From an uncultured delta proteobacterium (lineage in GTDB: Bacteria; Desulfobacterota; Syntrophia; Syntrophales; Smithellaceae), in contig CAVWEH010000002.1 in assembly GCA_963753975.1 (NCBI GenBank), positions 384,001 to 448,000 on the forward strand: a DNA stretch of 64,000 bases. Direction: 5' to 3'. The position numbers and the translations under genes were made by a program. Positions 44,190 to 53,249 of this stretch are shown here, in pieces. The first letter of the stretch is position 1, and each line of letters opens with the position of its first letter. The notes beneath the pieces were generated by a model. It had not been told where the DNA came from. It searched no databases and worked only from the letters and a program-made list of their open reading frames with translations.

Positions 44190-44665
44190 GTCAATCAAGC
44201 CGACGATTCGTTGGTAGCTCTTTGAAAATGAAACGGAGATATTTATGTCCGAAATTTGGCATCTCCTCGATTCCAGGTCAAGTGAGACCTTCCCTGTTTT
44301 ATAGGGGATAACAGACTGAGAAATCAGTCACCACATGAAAATGTGGTTTTTTAAAAGGCCATGGTGATGCGAGGTCCGTTGCCTATGATTCTGTATAACG
44401 CAGTCTGAACTGCGCAGAAAAGCATAGACAGCAGTCAATAAAGATTATTTTCTTGACGCCCCGTACAACCTGTCGCCACCGGTGGTTCACCCATGGATAA
44501 AATTGCGACGATTGAACAGCCGGCGGCCATAGCATGGCCGCAACCCGTGCGGGCAAAGGAATCAAAGAGCGTTCTGATTGATTTTCTTTGAAGTGAGGCG
44601 ATGCCATTTTATCAGGTGATAAGATCATTGCCTCCCTAATGCAGGGTAATCTAGAGAAAGGAGGC
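44190..44665 (+). ncRNA. Putative retron ncRNA (msr/msd-like or hybrid leader RNA), ~470 nt
   Basis: No long + strand ORF; long-range pairings 44191-44197/44575-44581 and 44217-44225/44562-44570; about ten local hairpins including two GAAA tetraloops; upstream of a retron-type RT. Confidence 0.72.
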
Positions 44666-44675
44666 CATAAACCAA

Positions 44676-44957
44676 ATGATAAAGAAGGACATAAAAACAA
44701 TTCGGGCAGATATGGAGATTGTCCGAGAGAGCCAGAATATTTTATTCCGGCTAAAATTTTCAATCGCCGTTTCTACAAGATCTAGTTTGAAAGAATATCT
44801 TCGAAAAGCTAAAAGACAGTTAGTTATTAGTTTCGTGATGTGTATTCTAAAGATGTCAGCAAATTCGATTGTAAATGCAACATCAACAGTGTTTTCCAAA
44901 GCCATTTCCGTCCTTCTAGAAATATGGCTTAGGATTAAACACGAACCGATCTTATAA
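44676..44957 (+). CDS. Small orphan protein, candidate retron effector
   Basis: 93 aa, AGGAGG RBS at 44659-44664, basic N-half and hydrophobic C-half; lies between ncRNA and HTH gene. Confidence 0.65.
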   Translation: MIKKDIKTIRADMEIVRESQNILFRLKFSIAVSTRSSLKEYLRKAKRQLVISFVMCILKMSANSIVNATSTVFSKAISVLLEIWLRIKHEPIL

Positions 44958-45002
44958 AAACCTGCACGGTTTTTTAAAACAATCCTCAATGAGGTGATAT
45001 TT

Positions 45003-45332
45003 ATGAAAGTAGGAGAGATAATTAAATTGATCAGGACCAAACGGGGGATATCCCAAAAGGAAATGGCAGACCAGTTTGGAATATCGCAAAATTACTTATC
45101 GCTTATAGAAACTCATAAAAAGAGACCAAGTATAGAAACAATCGACACTTTTGCAAAGAAATTTGGCATATCAAAAGAAGCCCTTTTGTTCGTTACGTCT
45201 GAAATACCTTCAGAGCTGGACGAAAATGCTAAACAGGATTTTAAAAAATTACAAGATAATATCCTTTATCTAATACTATTCGATGCCAACCGAGGTATTA
45301 ATTGTCTGCCGCGCGCCCAAAACGCCATCTAG
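45003..45332 (+). CDS. XRE/Cro-CI family helix-turn-helix protein
   Basis: IRTKRGISQKEMA..FGISQNYLSLIE..KKRPS; GAGGTG RBS; overlaps RT start. Confidence 0.92.
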   Translation: MKVGEIIKLIRTKRGISQKEMADQFGISQNYLSLIETHKKRPSIETIDTFAKKFGISKEALLFVTSEIPSELDENAKQDFKKLQDNILYLILFDANRGINCLPRAQNAI

Positions 45333-46180
45333 AGATTAGAAAACTCGATCATCTTTCTCTTCGTCTAGGTATTGCCCTGGACGAGCTCATCGCGGTAGCT
45401 AGTTCAATAAACCAATATTATATAGTTCGAAAGCTCCGGAAAAAAAACGGCGGCTTTAGGACAATAAGTGCGCCGCAGCCTCGTTTGAAAAGAATTCAAC
45501 TTAAAATACACAAGCTGCTAAAGGAGATTATTATAGACGATGCAGCTCACTGCGGAATTAAGGGTCGTTCAAACCTAAGTAATGCAAAGCAACACACTAA
45601 TAAACCAATGTTGCTGAACCTTGATTTAAGTAGTTTTTTCCCAAGTATTTCGCATCATCTAGTTTATAACATGTTTGTGCATTCCTTGAAATGCTCTCCA
45701 GCGGTATCTCGTATACTTACTCGTCTGTCTACTTACAATGGTGAAGTGCCTCAAGGTGGGCCAATGAGTACTGACATTGCAAATTTGATTTGCTGGAAAA
45801 TAGATAAGAGGTTATCAGGGCTGGCACGCAAGAACAATATCACATATACACGTTATTGTGACGACCTCTCTTTTTCAGGACAAACAATTTCTGAGCCATT
45901 TATTACCAAAGTGAAGGGAATAATTTCAGAAAGCGGTTTCAAATTGAACGCGGAAAAAGAATCTTTTCACAAAAGAACTAACTCCACAAGGATTGTTACG
46001 GGACTGTCTGTTAACGGCCCTCGTCCCAAAATTCCTAAATCAGCTTTAAAGAAACTACGCGCCGAAATACATATATTTGACAAATATGAATCTCATAGTT
46101 TAACAGAACAGTTATTGGAAAAAAGACAGAAGCAGATACGAGGAAAAATATCTTACAGAAATTATATAGAAAAGAATTGA
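45302..46180 (+). CDS. Retron-type RNA-directed DNA polymerase
   Basis: RKKNGGFRTISAP, NAKQH (NAxxH), DLSSFFPSI, PQGGPMS, YTRYCDDLSFS, IVTGL (VTG); TTG start with GAGG RBS. Confidence 0.93.
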   Translation: MSAARPKRHLEIRKLDHLSLRLGIALDELIAVASSINQYYIVRKLRKKNGGFRTISAPQPRLKRIQLKIHKLLKEIIIDDAAHCGIKGRSNLSNAKQHTNKPMLLNLDLSSFFPSISHHLVYNMFVHSLKCSPAVSRILTRLSTYNGEVPQGGPMSTDIANLICWKIDKRLSGLARKNNITYTRYCDDLSFSGQTISEPFITKVKGIISESGFKLNAEKESFHKRTNSTRIVTGLSVNGPRPKIPKSALKKLRAEIHIFDKYESHSLTEQLLEKRQKQIRGKISYRNYIEKN

Positions 46181-46431
46181 CGAATCTAATTCGGGGTATG
46201 CATCTATATTGCGTTTCCATCTTCATTCACTAAAAAGCGTTACAATATTAACTCAATCTTTTCATCTACTTATACTCGCAATTTTCTTTATTTCAATTCT
46301 TTTTTTGCACTAATAAATTACAAAGGTATTATCAATTCGTCCCAAATATCGCTTCTCTTTCCTTCTTGACCCTTCCAAAATCCTTTGCCAGCCTGCAAGG
46401 CAGGAACTAACAAAAAAAGGAGGAATTTTTT

Positions 46432-46563
46432 ATGAAGCTTAACCTCCGTACAACTTTCTTAGTTCTCACACCCATCACGTCAATACTTTCCGGTTGCAGT
46501 TACATCAAAATTATTATTAATAACGAAAGCAATCGAGCCGATTGCGCAATATACCAACCGTAG
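46432..46563 (+). CDS. Small putative lipoprotein or remnant (43 aa)
   Basis: AGGAGG RBS; MKLNLRTTFLVLTPITSILSGC with LSGC lipobox; below the ORF-track cutoff. Confidence 0.4.
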   Translation: MKLNLRTTFLVLTPITSILSGCSYIKIIINNESNRADCAIYQP

Positions 46564-46638
46564 AGAGCTTATAGAAAAACTTACGGAAGAAAACTGATTT
46601 CTAAACTCTTATAACCAATGATCCACAGGAGGTGTAGC

Positions 46639-48129
46639 ATGTCAGGATTCAGCGAATATGATAAATACGACGGCCTGGGTCTGGCCCAACTGGTACAAAA
46701 AAAAGAAGTCTCTCCCTTGGAGTTGTGTGAGGAAGCGATCATACGTATGGACAGAATCAATCCCAAAATCAACGCGGTCATTTACCGCATGGATAGTTTG
46801 GCGCGCGCCGCCGCCAAAGGCTCAATTCCTAGCGGCCCGTTTTCAGGCGTGCCTTTTTTGTGCAAGGATCTGGTCTCGGCCATAGCGGGCGTTCCCATGA
46901 ACAAAGGCAGCAAATCCTGTCGCAACTATGTGCCGACGCAGGATAGTGAAATGGCCAGACGCTACAAAGCCGCGGGACTGATTGTGCTGGGAAAAACCAA
47001 CACACCGGAATTTGGCTTGATGGGCATTACCGAACCCGAACTGCACGGCCCGACGCGCAATCCGTGGAATATCGATCACACTCCCGGCGGCTCCAGTGGC
47101 GGCTCGGCGGCGGCGGTTGCGGCAGGTTTCGTACCGATGGCCTCCGGCGGCGATGGCGGCGGATCGATCCGCATTCCATCGTCTTGCTGCGCACTGTTCG
47201 GTCTGAAAGTGACACGCGGGCGAAATCCGCTCGGCCCGGAAGCAGGAGAAATCTGGCAGGGTGCGGAAGTGGAAGGTGCACTCACCCGCTCGGTACGCGA
47301 CTGCGCCGCATTGCTCGACGCGACTAACGGCGCGGACCCCGGCGCACCCTATATCCTGCCCAAACCGGCAAGACCTTATCTGACGGACGTGGGGCAAGAC
47401 CCGCGCCCGCTGAAGATTGCCTTCACGGTCGAATCACCATTCAAAATCAAAATTCATCCGGAGTGCGTTGAGGCCGTCCAGAACGCCGCAAAACTTCTTT
47501 CGAGTCTTGGGCATATTGTCGAGGAAGCCCAACCCGGCATTGATGGCGTGGCTTTGGGCAAAAGTTATATGATGATGTATTTCGGCGAAGTCGCGGCGGA
47601 TATTGAAGAACTTAAAAGTGTTGTCGGCAGACCGCTTAATCATCACGACACGGAAGAAGCCACCTGGGCTTTAAACCTTCTGGGTAAAACTTTTTCAGCG
47701 GGCGATTTTGTCCTCGCTATGCGCCAGTGGAACGTGTTTTCCCGCCGGATGGCGAAATTCCATGAAACCTATGATCTGTATCTCACGCCGACAATTGCCA
47801 CCCTGCCGCCGCGGATTGGCGAACTGCAACAGACACCGGTTGAACAGCTCTTTTTAAAAATCATCAACTCCATGAATATGGGCAAGCTGCTCAAGGCGAC
47901 AGGCATTACCGACATTATGGCCACCAAAGGTCTTTCCAAAATGCCTTTCACCCAATTGGCCAATCTGACTGGTCAACCGGCCATGTCGGTGCCGCTTCAC
48001 TGGAGCAAGGACGGACTGCCCTGCGGCGTGCAGTTTATTGGACGATTCGGTGAAGAATCCCTTTTATTCCAGTTGGCGGGGCAACTCGAACGGGCGCAGC
48101 CCTGGTTTCATAAAAGACCGAATCTTTAG
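46639..48129 (+). CDS. Amidase (amidase signature family)
   Basis: [37 protein letters not shown]. Confidence 0.94.
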   Translation: MSGFSEYDKYDGLGLAQLVQKKEVSPLELCEEAIIRMDRINPKINAVIYRMDSLARAAAKGSIPSGPFSGVPFLCKDLVSAIAGVPMNKGSKSCRNYVPTQDSEMARRYKAAGLIVLGKTNTPEFGLMGITEPELHGPTRNPWNIDHTPGGSSGGSAAAVAAGFVPMASGGDGGGSIRIPSSCCALFGLKVTRGRNPLGPEAGEIWQGAEVEGALTRSVRDCAALLDATNGADPGAPYILPKPARPYLTDVGQDPRPLKIAFTVESPFKIKIHPECVEAVQNAAKLLSSLGHIVEEAQPGIDGVALGKSYMMMYFGEVAADIEELKSVVGRPLNHHDTEEATWALNLLGKTFSAGDFVLAMRQWNVFSRRMAKFHETYDLYLTPTIATLPPRIGELQQTPVEQLFLKIINSMNMGKLLKATGITDIMATKGLSKMPFTQLANLTGQPAMSVPLHWSKDGLPCGVQFIGRFGEESLLFQLAGQLERAQPWFHKRPNL

Positions 48130-48512
48130 AATGCTGTTGTAAAAAATTTGAGGAAATTACCGTGGCAGTAATCACGATCAGTAGTCTGTGTCCGTAATAT
48201 GTGTTTGGGCCGACATTTGAATATATAACAGTTGTAAACTCAGGTATTGGCTTCTTCCTGTTAGCGTGATTTTCGCCATTGCTTAAAATTCTGAAGGTTA
48301 CAAATAGTAATTATTGGATTGTGGCTGCTTTAACGGACGTGTTCCCGTGTAAAAATGTCATATTTTTAACGTTGCTCAGGGTAGTTATACAGGATGACAT
48401 GATTCAATTAAAGTTTACCAAATATCTTTTTAAGACATTTTGTGATATAAATTCTTTGGCTTTCCTATACTGCCATGTGCAAAATCTTTGTATTCCTTTG
48501 GAAGGATGAAGA

Positions 48513-50951
48513 ATGAAAATGCACCGTGGCTTCATTAATTCTCGTCTTATGGGCTATGTCGTCTCGATTTGTATCACCGGGGCGGCGCTTCTGTTACACT
48601 TGGCGTTAGTGAAACTTGTTGGCGGTAATTTGCCGACATACATTTTCTTCTACCCAGCCGTGATAATCTCAGCACTTCTTGCCGGCTTTCGAGCCGGACT
48701 TCTGGCAACTGTAATGGCTGCAATTCTTGCGGATTACTGGCTTATTTCTCAGAAAGGAGGGTTTGCTATTTCGTCCCTTCCCGATGCAATAGGTCTGGCC
48801 ATTTTTTTGTTCACTGGCGTGCTTATAAGTGAAATAATCGAGCTTTACGGCCGTGCCCGGACAAAGGCAGCAAATTATGCGGCAGAGTTGGCACTCCGAG
48901 AGAGCGAAGAGAAATATCGAAATCTCATTGAAAATGCCAATGAGGCCATTATGGTGGCTCAGGATGGAAAACTGGTATTTTTCAATCCGATGACTGTCAA
49001 CCTGCTCGGCTATTCCAGTGAGGAGCTCGCGTCAAGGCCATTTGTTGATTTCATTCACCGGGATGACCGGGAAAAGGTTTATCATACATATCTTCAGCGA
49101 ATTGAAGGTAAGGAAGTTCCTTTCAGACATTCTTATCGGGCTATCCGTAAAGACGGCAACATCCTGTGGGTAGAGCGGAATGCTGTCTTGATAAAATGGA
49201 AAGGTAAACCTGCTACCTTGAATTTCTTGAGCGACATCACTGAGCGCAAGCAGGCCGAGGAGGCGTTAACCAATAGTGAAGCCCAGCTCCGCAAGGAACA
49301 GAAATTCAGCCAGCTCCTTCTTGACACTTCCCCTGCACTGATCGTGGCGATTGGTTTTGACGGAAAGACTCTGATGATGAACAAGGCGCTATTAGACATC
49401 CTTGAATATACGGAAGAAGAGATTAAAGGGTCCGACTACCTTACAACGTTTGTGCCGAAAGAAGACCAGGGAATGCTCTCCGATATATTCCGGAAGATCA
49501 TTCAGGACGGAATTGCGACAGTCAACGAAAACCGGATCATAAGCAAATGCGGCGGCACATATCTTATTGAATGGCATGGCCGGACGGTAAGCGATGAAGT
49601 TGAAGGTTTTGGCTTTTTCGTAGGAGTAGGGATCGACATTACCGCGCGCAAGAAAATGGAAGAAACGCTACGCCAAAGCGAGGAGAGATACAGAACCATC
49701 CTTGAAGATATTGAAGAAGGATATTTTGAGATAGACCTCGCCGGTAACGCAACCTATTTTAATGATTCCATATGCCGTATATTTGGTTACCCCCGTGAGG
49801 AATTGCTGCATATGAATTACAAACAGTATACAGATAAAGAGAACGGAGAAAAATGCTTTCAAATTTATAATAAGGTCTACAAAACGGGAAAATCTGACAA
49901 GGTATATGATTATGAGATTATAAGAAAAGATGGGACTGCTAGATACATGGAGACATTATTATCATTACAAAAAGATTCATCGGATAACCCGGTCGGATTT
50001 CGGGGTATTTCTCGCGACATTACCGAACGCAAGCGGGCTGACGATGCTTTAAAGAGAAACAGGGAAGAACTAATCAGGAAGAATCAGGAACTCGAGGAAA
50101 GCAGAAAGAATGTACAGCTTACGTTGGAAAGACTGGGAGTGGCCTATGAAGAACTGAAAACCACCCAGGCGAAGATTCTGCAGCAGGAAAAGATGGCTTC
50201 CATCGGACAACTGGCCGCTGGAGTTGCCCATGAAATAAATAATCCTATGGCTTTTATAGCCAGCAACCTGGGAACACTCGATAAATACATCCGCAGGTTG
50301 AAAGATTTTATCCAGGCACAGTCGGAAACAATTAAATCTCTTAAGGCCATTGAAGCTATCGAGAAACTTGATAAAAAGCGCAAAGAATTGAAACTGGACT
50401 ATACTATTGACGATATAGACCTCCTAGTTAAGGAATCCCGTGACGGTTCGGAAAGAGTGCAAAAGATTGTTCAGGAACTTAATCGCTTCTCCAGAATGGA
50501 TAATGCAGAATATAAAGAAGCTAACATCAATGAATGTATGGAAAGCAGCATTAATATTGTTTGGAATGAATTAAAACAAAAAGCCACTCTCCATAAAGAT
50601 TACGGCAATTTACCCCAGACTAAATGTTATCCCCTAAAACTGAATCAGGTTTTTATAAATCTTTTGATTAATGCCATACAAGCTATTGAGAAAAAGGGGA
50701 AAATAAAAATCAAAACATGGGAAAAAGGCGGCTCGATTTGGGTTACGGTATCCGATACGGGTTGTGGCATTACACGGGAGAATCAAAGCAAGATATTTGA
50801 GCCTTTTTTCACGACCAAGGAAGTGGGTAAGGGAACGGGTCTGGGGCTAAGCATTTCCTATGAAATTATGCAGAGACATAAAGGAGAAATTTCATTTGAG
50901 AGTAAAGAAGGAAAGGGAACGACATTTACCATCAGGATACCCCTTGCATAG
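48513..50951 (+). CDS. Membrane sensor histidine kinase (DUF4118-like TM, 3 PAS, HisKA, HATPase)
   Basis: AGVAHEINNP, NLLINA, DTGCG, FFTTK..GKGTGLGL. Confidence 0.93.
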   Translation: MKMHRGFINSRLMGYVVSICITGAALLLHLALVKLVGGNLPTYIFFYPAVIISALLAGFRAGLLATVMAAILADYWLISQKGGFAISSLPDAIGLAIFLFTGVLISEIIELYGRARTKAANYAAELALRESEEKYRNLIENANEAIMVAQDGKLVFFNPMTVNLLGYSSEELASRPFVDFIHRDDREKVYHTYLQRIEGKEVPFRHSYRAIRKDGNILWVERNAVLIKWKGKPATLNFLSDITERKQAEEALTNSEAQLRKEQKFSQLLLDTSPALIVAIGFDGKTLMMNKALLDILEYTEEEIKGSDYLTTFVPKEDQGMLSDIFRKIIQDGIATVNENRIISKCGGTYLIEWHGRTVSDEVEGFGFFVGVGIDITARKKMEETLRQSEERYRTILEDIEEGYFEIDLAGNATYFNDSICRIFGYPREELLHMNYKQYTDKENGEKCFQIYNKVYKTGKSDKVYDYEIIRKDGTARYMETLLSLQKDSSDNPVGFRGISRDITERKRADDALKRNREELIRKNQELEESRKNVQLTLERLGVAYEELKTTQAKILQQEKMASIGQLAAGVAHEINNPMAFIASNLGTLDKYIRRLKDFIQAQSETIKSLKAIEAIEKLDKKRKELKLDYTIDDIDLLVKESRDGSERVQKIVQELNRFSRMDNAEYKEANINECMESSINIVWNELKQKATLHKDYGNLPQTKCYPLKLNQVFINLLINAIQAIEKKGKIKIKTWEKGGSIWVTVSDTGCGITRENQSKIFEPFFTTKEVGKGTGLGLSISYEIMQRHKGEISFESKEGKGTTFTIRIPLA

Positions 50952-51039
50952 TGAAAACCGTCAAGAGAATTCAAATAAATATAACTCTTTCAATCGTTAA
51001 TCTTCACTTTTTTGAGCCCGCAGATTCTATTGAGTAGTA

Positions 51040-51259
51040 GGTGAAAGCGATAACCGAACAGTACTTGATTGGACAATATCTGCGAAATCAAATATAGATC
51101 ACCGGATGTGGACAAAAAGATTTTTTTGATCAACCCCCGGATTCACGACTTCGCGGCCTACGATTTCTGGCTGAAACCTCTGGGGCTTCTGTATTTGAGC
51201 GGTCTTTTGCGTCAAAACGGCCATCAGGTTCACTTTATCGATATAGATTGCCTTGACCC
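51040..51259 (+). pseudogene. Truncated duplicate of the radical SAM gene 5' end and upstream region
   Basis: ~90% identical by eye to 57317-57530; ATG>GTG, W>R, 6-nt insertion; similarity ends after CLDP. Confidence 0.85.
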
Positions 51260-51411
51260 ATGTCGGATGTTAATGTATAAAATGTATAAGAGGTGTAAAC
51301 TAAGGTATTGACTTCTTCCTGAAATCCTAGATTGACAAATTCTAGCATATTTGCAAGATTTCAATTCGTTATCGCAACAACTGTTATCAACAAATAGAGA
51401 GGAGAGTTTAT

Positions 51412-51930
51412 ATGAAAAGGAATATTTGCCTGCTCGGAGGAATTATTTTGCTGCTTTTTGTCTGGAGCACTAATTCCTGGGCTGCATACAAAATCGGTAT
51501 TATCAACATGAGGGAAATAATACAAAGTTCGGCCGAAGGAAAAAAAGCGGGAGAGGACTTAAGAGAAGTGGCGGAAAAGAAGCAATCTGCAATTTCTTCG
51601 GCGGAAAAAGAACTTAAGGAAATGAAGGACGAATTGGATAAACAAGGTTCCATTCTAACGGCTAACGCGCGCGTAGATAAAGAAGCTGCTTACCAGAAGA
51701 AGCTGCGCGACTATCAATTGCTGGTTAATGACGCCAATGAAGAACTCAAAAGGCGCGATCTGGAACTTTCTCAGAAGCTGTTTCCGGAAATAGTGAAAAT
51801 CGTACGCGCTATCGCGGAAAAAGAGAATTATACTTTGGTTATAGACATAGCCAGCACGCCGGTACCTTATTATGCTAAAGAAAATGATTTTAGCAAGAAG
51901 GTTATCGAAGAGTATAATAAATCAAAATAG
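51412..51930 (+). CDS. OmpH/Skp family periplasmic chaperone
   Basis: Signal peptide, KIGIINM, coiled-coil, IAEKENYTLVID. Confidence 0.88.
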   Translation: MKRNICLLGGIILLLFVWSTNSWAAYKIGIINMREIIQSSAEGKKAGEDLREVAEKKQSAISSAEKELKEMKDELDKQGSILTANARVDKEAAYQKKLRDYQLLVNDANEELKRRDLELSQKLFPEIVKIVRAIAEKENYTLVIDIASTPVPYYAKENDFSKKVIEEYNKSK

Positions 51931-52028
51931 CAGGGTAAATATAATTGTTTGCAGACCACTGATAAGAATACCGCTTCAAAAATAAATCAATGGGCTAAAA
52001 AAACAGAATTTAGCAAAAGAGTATCGTC

Positions 52029-52808
52029 ATGAAACCCCTTGATTTAAAGAACAGTATTTATATACATATCAAACGGAACTTGCTACGGCCCCCCGAATGG
52101 AAAAATAAATCTGCCACCTTTTTTAATCATGTGTTCTTTTGCCTTCTTCTTGCCGCCCTGTGTTTTGTTTTTGCCGGCTGTTGGGTCATTAAAGCCCCAT
52201 ACAAGGTGGTGAAGGGGACGATTAAGGGTACGTATTATACGGCGAGAGGGGCCTACGAACTGACTGCCGGCAGCACAAAGCTCGTTTACCATATCGGTAA
52301 ATTTACCTTCAAGGTGGTAAAGGCCCCCATTGACTGGGCCCTCACGAGTGACAGCATCGAGACTATAGACGGGCTTCCCCCCAAAGAAGCGATTCGCCTG
52401 GGAAGAGTGAAAAACGCGCCCTACAGGGTCAAAGGAAAGATGTACTATCCCATGTCCGTTGCGGAAGCACGCTCCTACCAGGAGACGGGTGTCGCCTCCT
52501 GGTACGGTTATGAAACGTTGCGCGGCAAGGGTGACCGAATGACTGCAAACGGTGAGGTCTTTGATCCGAGGGAGTTGACGGCCGCCCACAAGTATCTGCC
52601 TCTTCCTACCCACGTCAAGGTTACGAATCTCGAAAACAATCGCTGGGTTATCGTGAGGGTAAACGACCGCGGTCCCTTTCCCAGCGACTTCAATACCAGT
52701 TCCGGCGAGAGGATCATTGATCTAAGCGAGGGTGCGGCAAAGAATCTGGGTTTTCATGAAAAAGGCATGGCAAGAGTAAAGGTGCAAACCATTGAGCTGA
52801 AAGATTAA
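52029..52808 (+). CDS. rlpA: RlpA-family septal ring lytic transglycosylase lipoprotein
   Basis: FAGC lipobox, GVASWYG, TANGE, TAAHKYLP, VRVNDRGPF, IIDLS. Confidence 0.88.
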   Translation: MKPLDLKNSIYIHIKRNLLRPPEWKNKSATFFNHVFFCLLLAALCFVFAGCWVIKAPYKVVKGTIKGTYYTARGAYELTAGSTKLVYHIGKFTFKVVKAPIDWALTSDSIETIDGLPPKEAIRLGRVKNAPYRVKGKMYYPMSVAEARSYQETGVASWYGYETLRGKGDRMTANGEVFDPRELTAAHKYLPLPTHVKVTNLENNRWVIVRVNDRGPFPSDFNTSSGERIIDLSEGAAKNLGFHEKGMARVKVQTIELKD

Positions 52809-52893
52809 CTGGAAGCATATTGATGCCATGAATGATAATGAGATCGACACATCCGGTATTCCGCCGCTTCCTAAAGATTTCTTCCTGCGAGTG
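52801..52893 (+). pseudogene. Remnant resembling a BrnA-type antitoxin N-terminus
   Basis: Translates KINWKHIDAMNDNEIDTSGIPPLPKDFFLRV; no C-terminal DNA-binding part and no toxin seen. Confidence 0.45.
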
Positions 52894-53249
52894 AGTGTTC
52901 AGAATTTTTTACGGATATACTTTATTTCAAATGGTAATCCTTAGTAACTGTTATCCATAAATTTTTAATTCCGATTAACATGCCGGACTTTTAATTGTAA
53001 TAATTAAAGGCAGGACTGGAAGACAACACCTTCAGGCTACACAGCTTATGGAATAACCGTCCTCCAGCACCAGAAATTTGGCCACATTGCAGAACATAAA
53101 AGGGCAGAATCCTAACTTTAAATGTGGTACAATATACGATAGCAGATCACCTATTGGAGATGGAAGTGAATGTCAAATCTCTTGAGATGTGAAGCGTATG
53201 TCGTGCTTCCCTCTTCACGAGATATAAGGCACAAAGGGGCAGATATATA

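Noticed and set aside
44383..45040. Minus-strand ORFs 44383-44763 and 44651-45040
   Set aside because: No convincing RBS or motifs; antisense shadows of the structured RNA and + strand genes.
45302..46180. RT as group II intron, DGR or CRISPR-associated RT
   Set aside because: Too short for a maturase, has retron NAxxH/VTG motifs, and no intron domain V, TR/VR pair or cas1 is visible.
43685..46324. 9-bp aattacaaa repeat as target-site duplication around the retron
   Set aside because: Short and AT-rich, expected by chance; no transposase or terminal inverted repeats.
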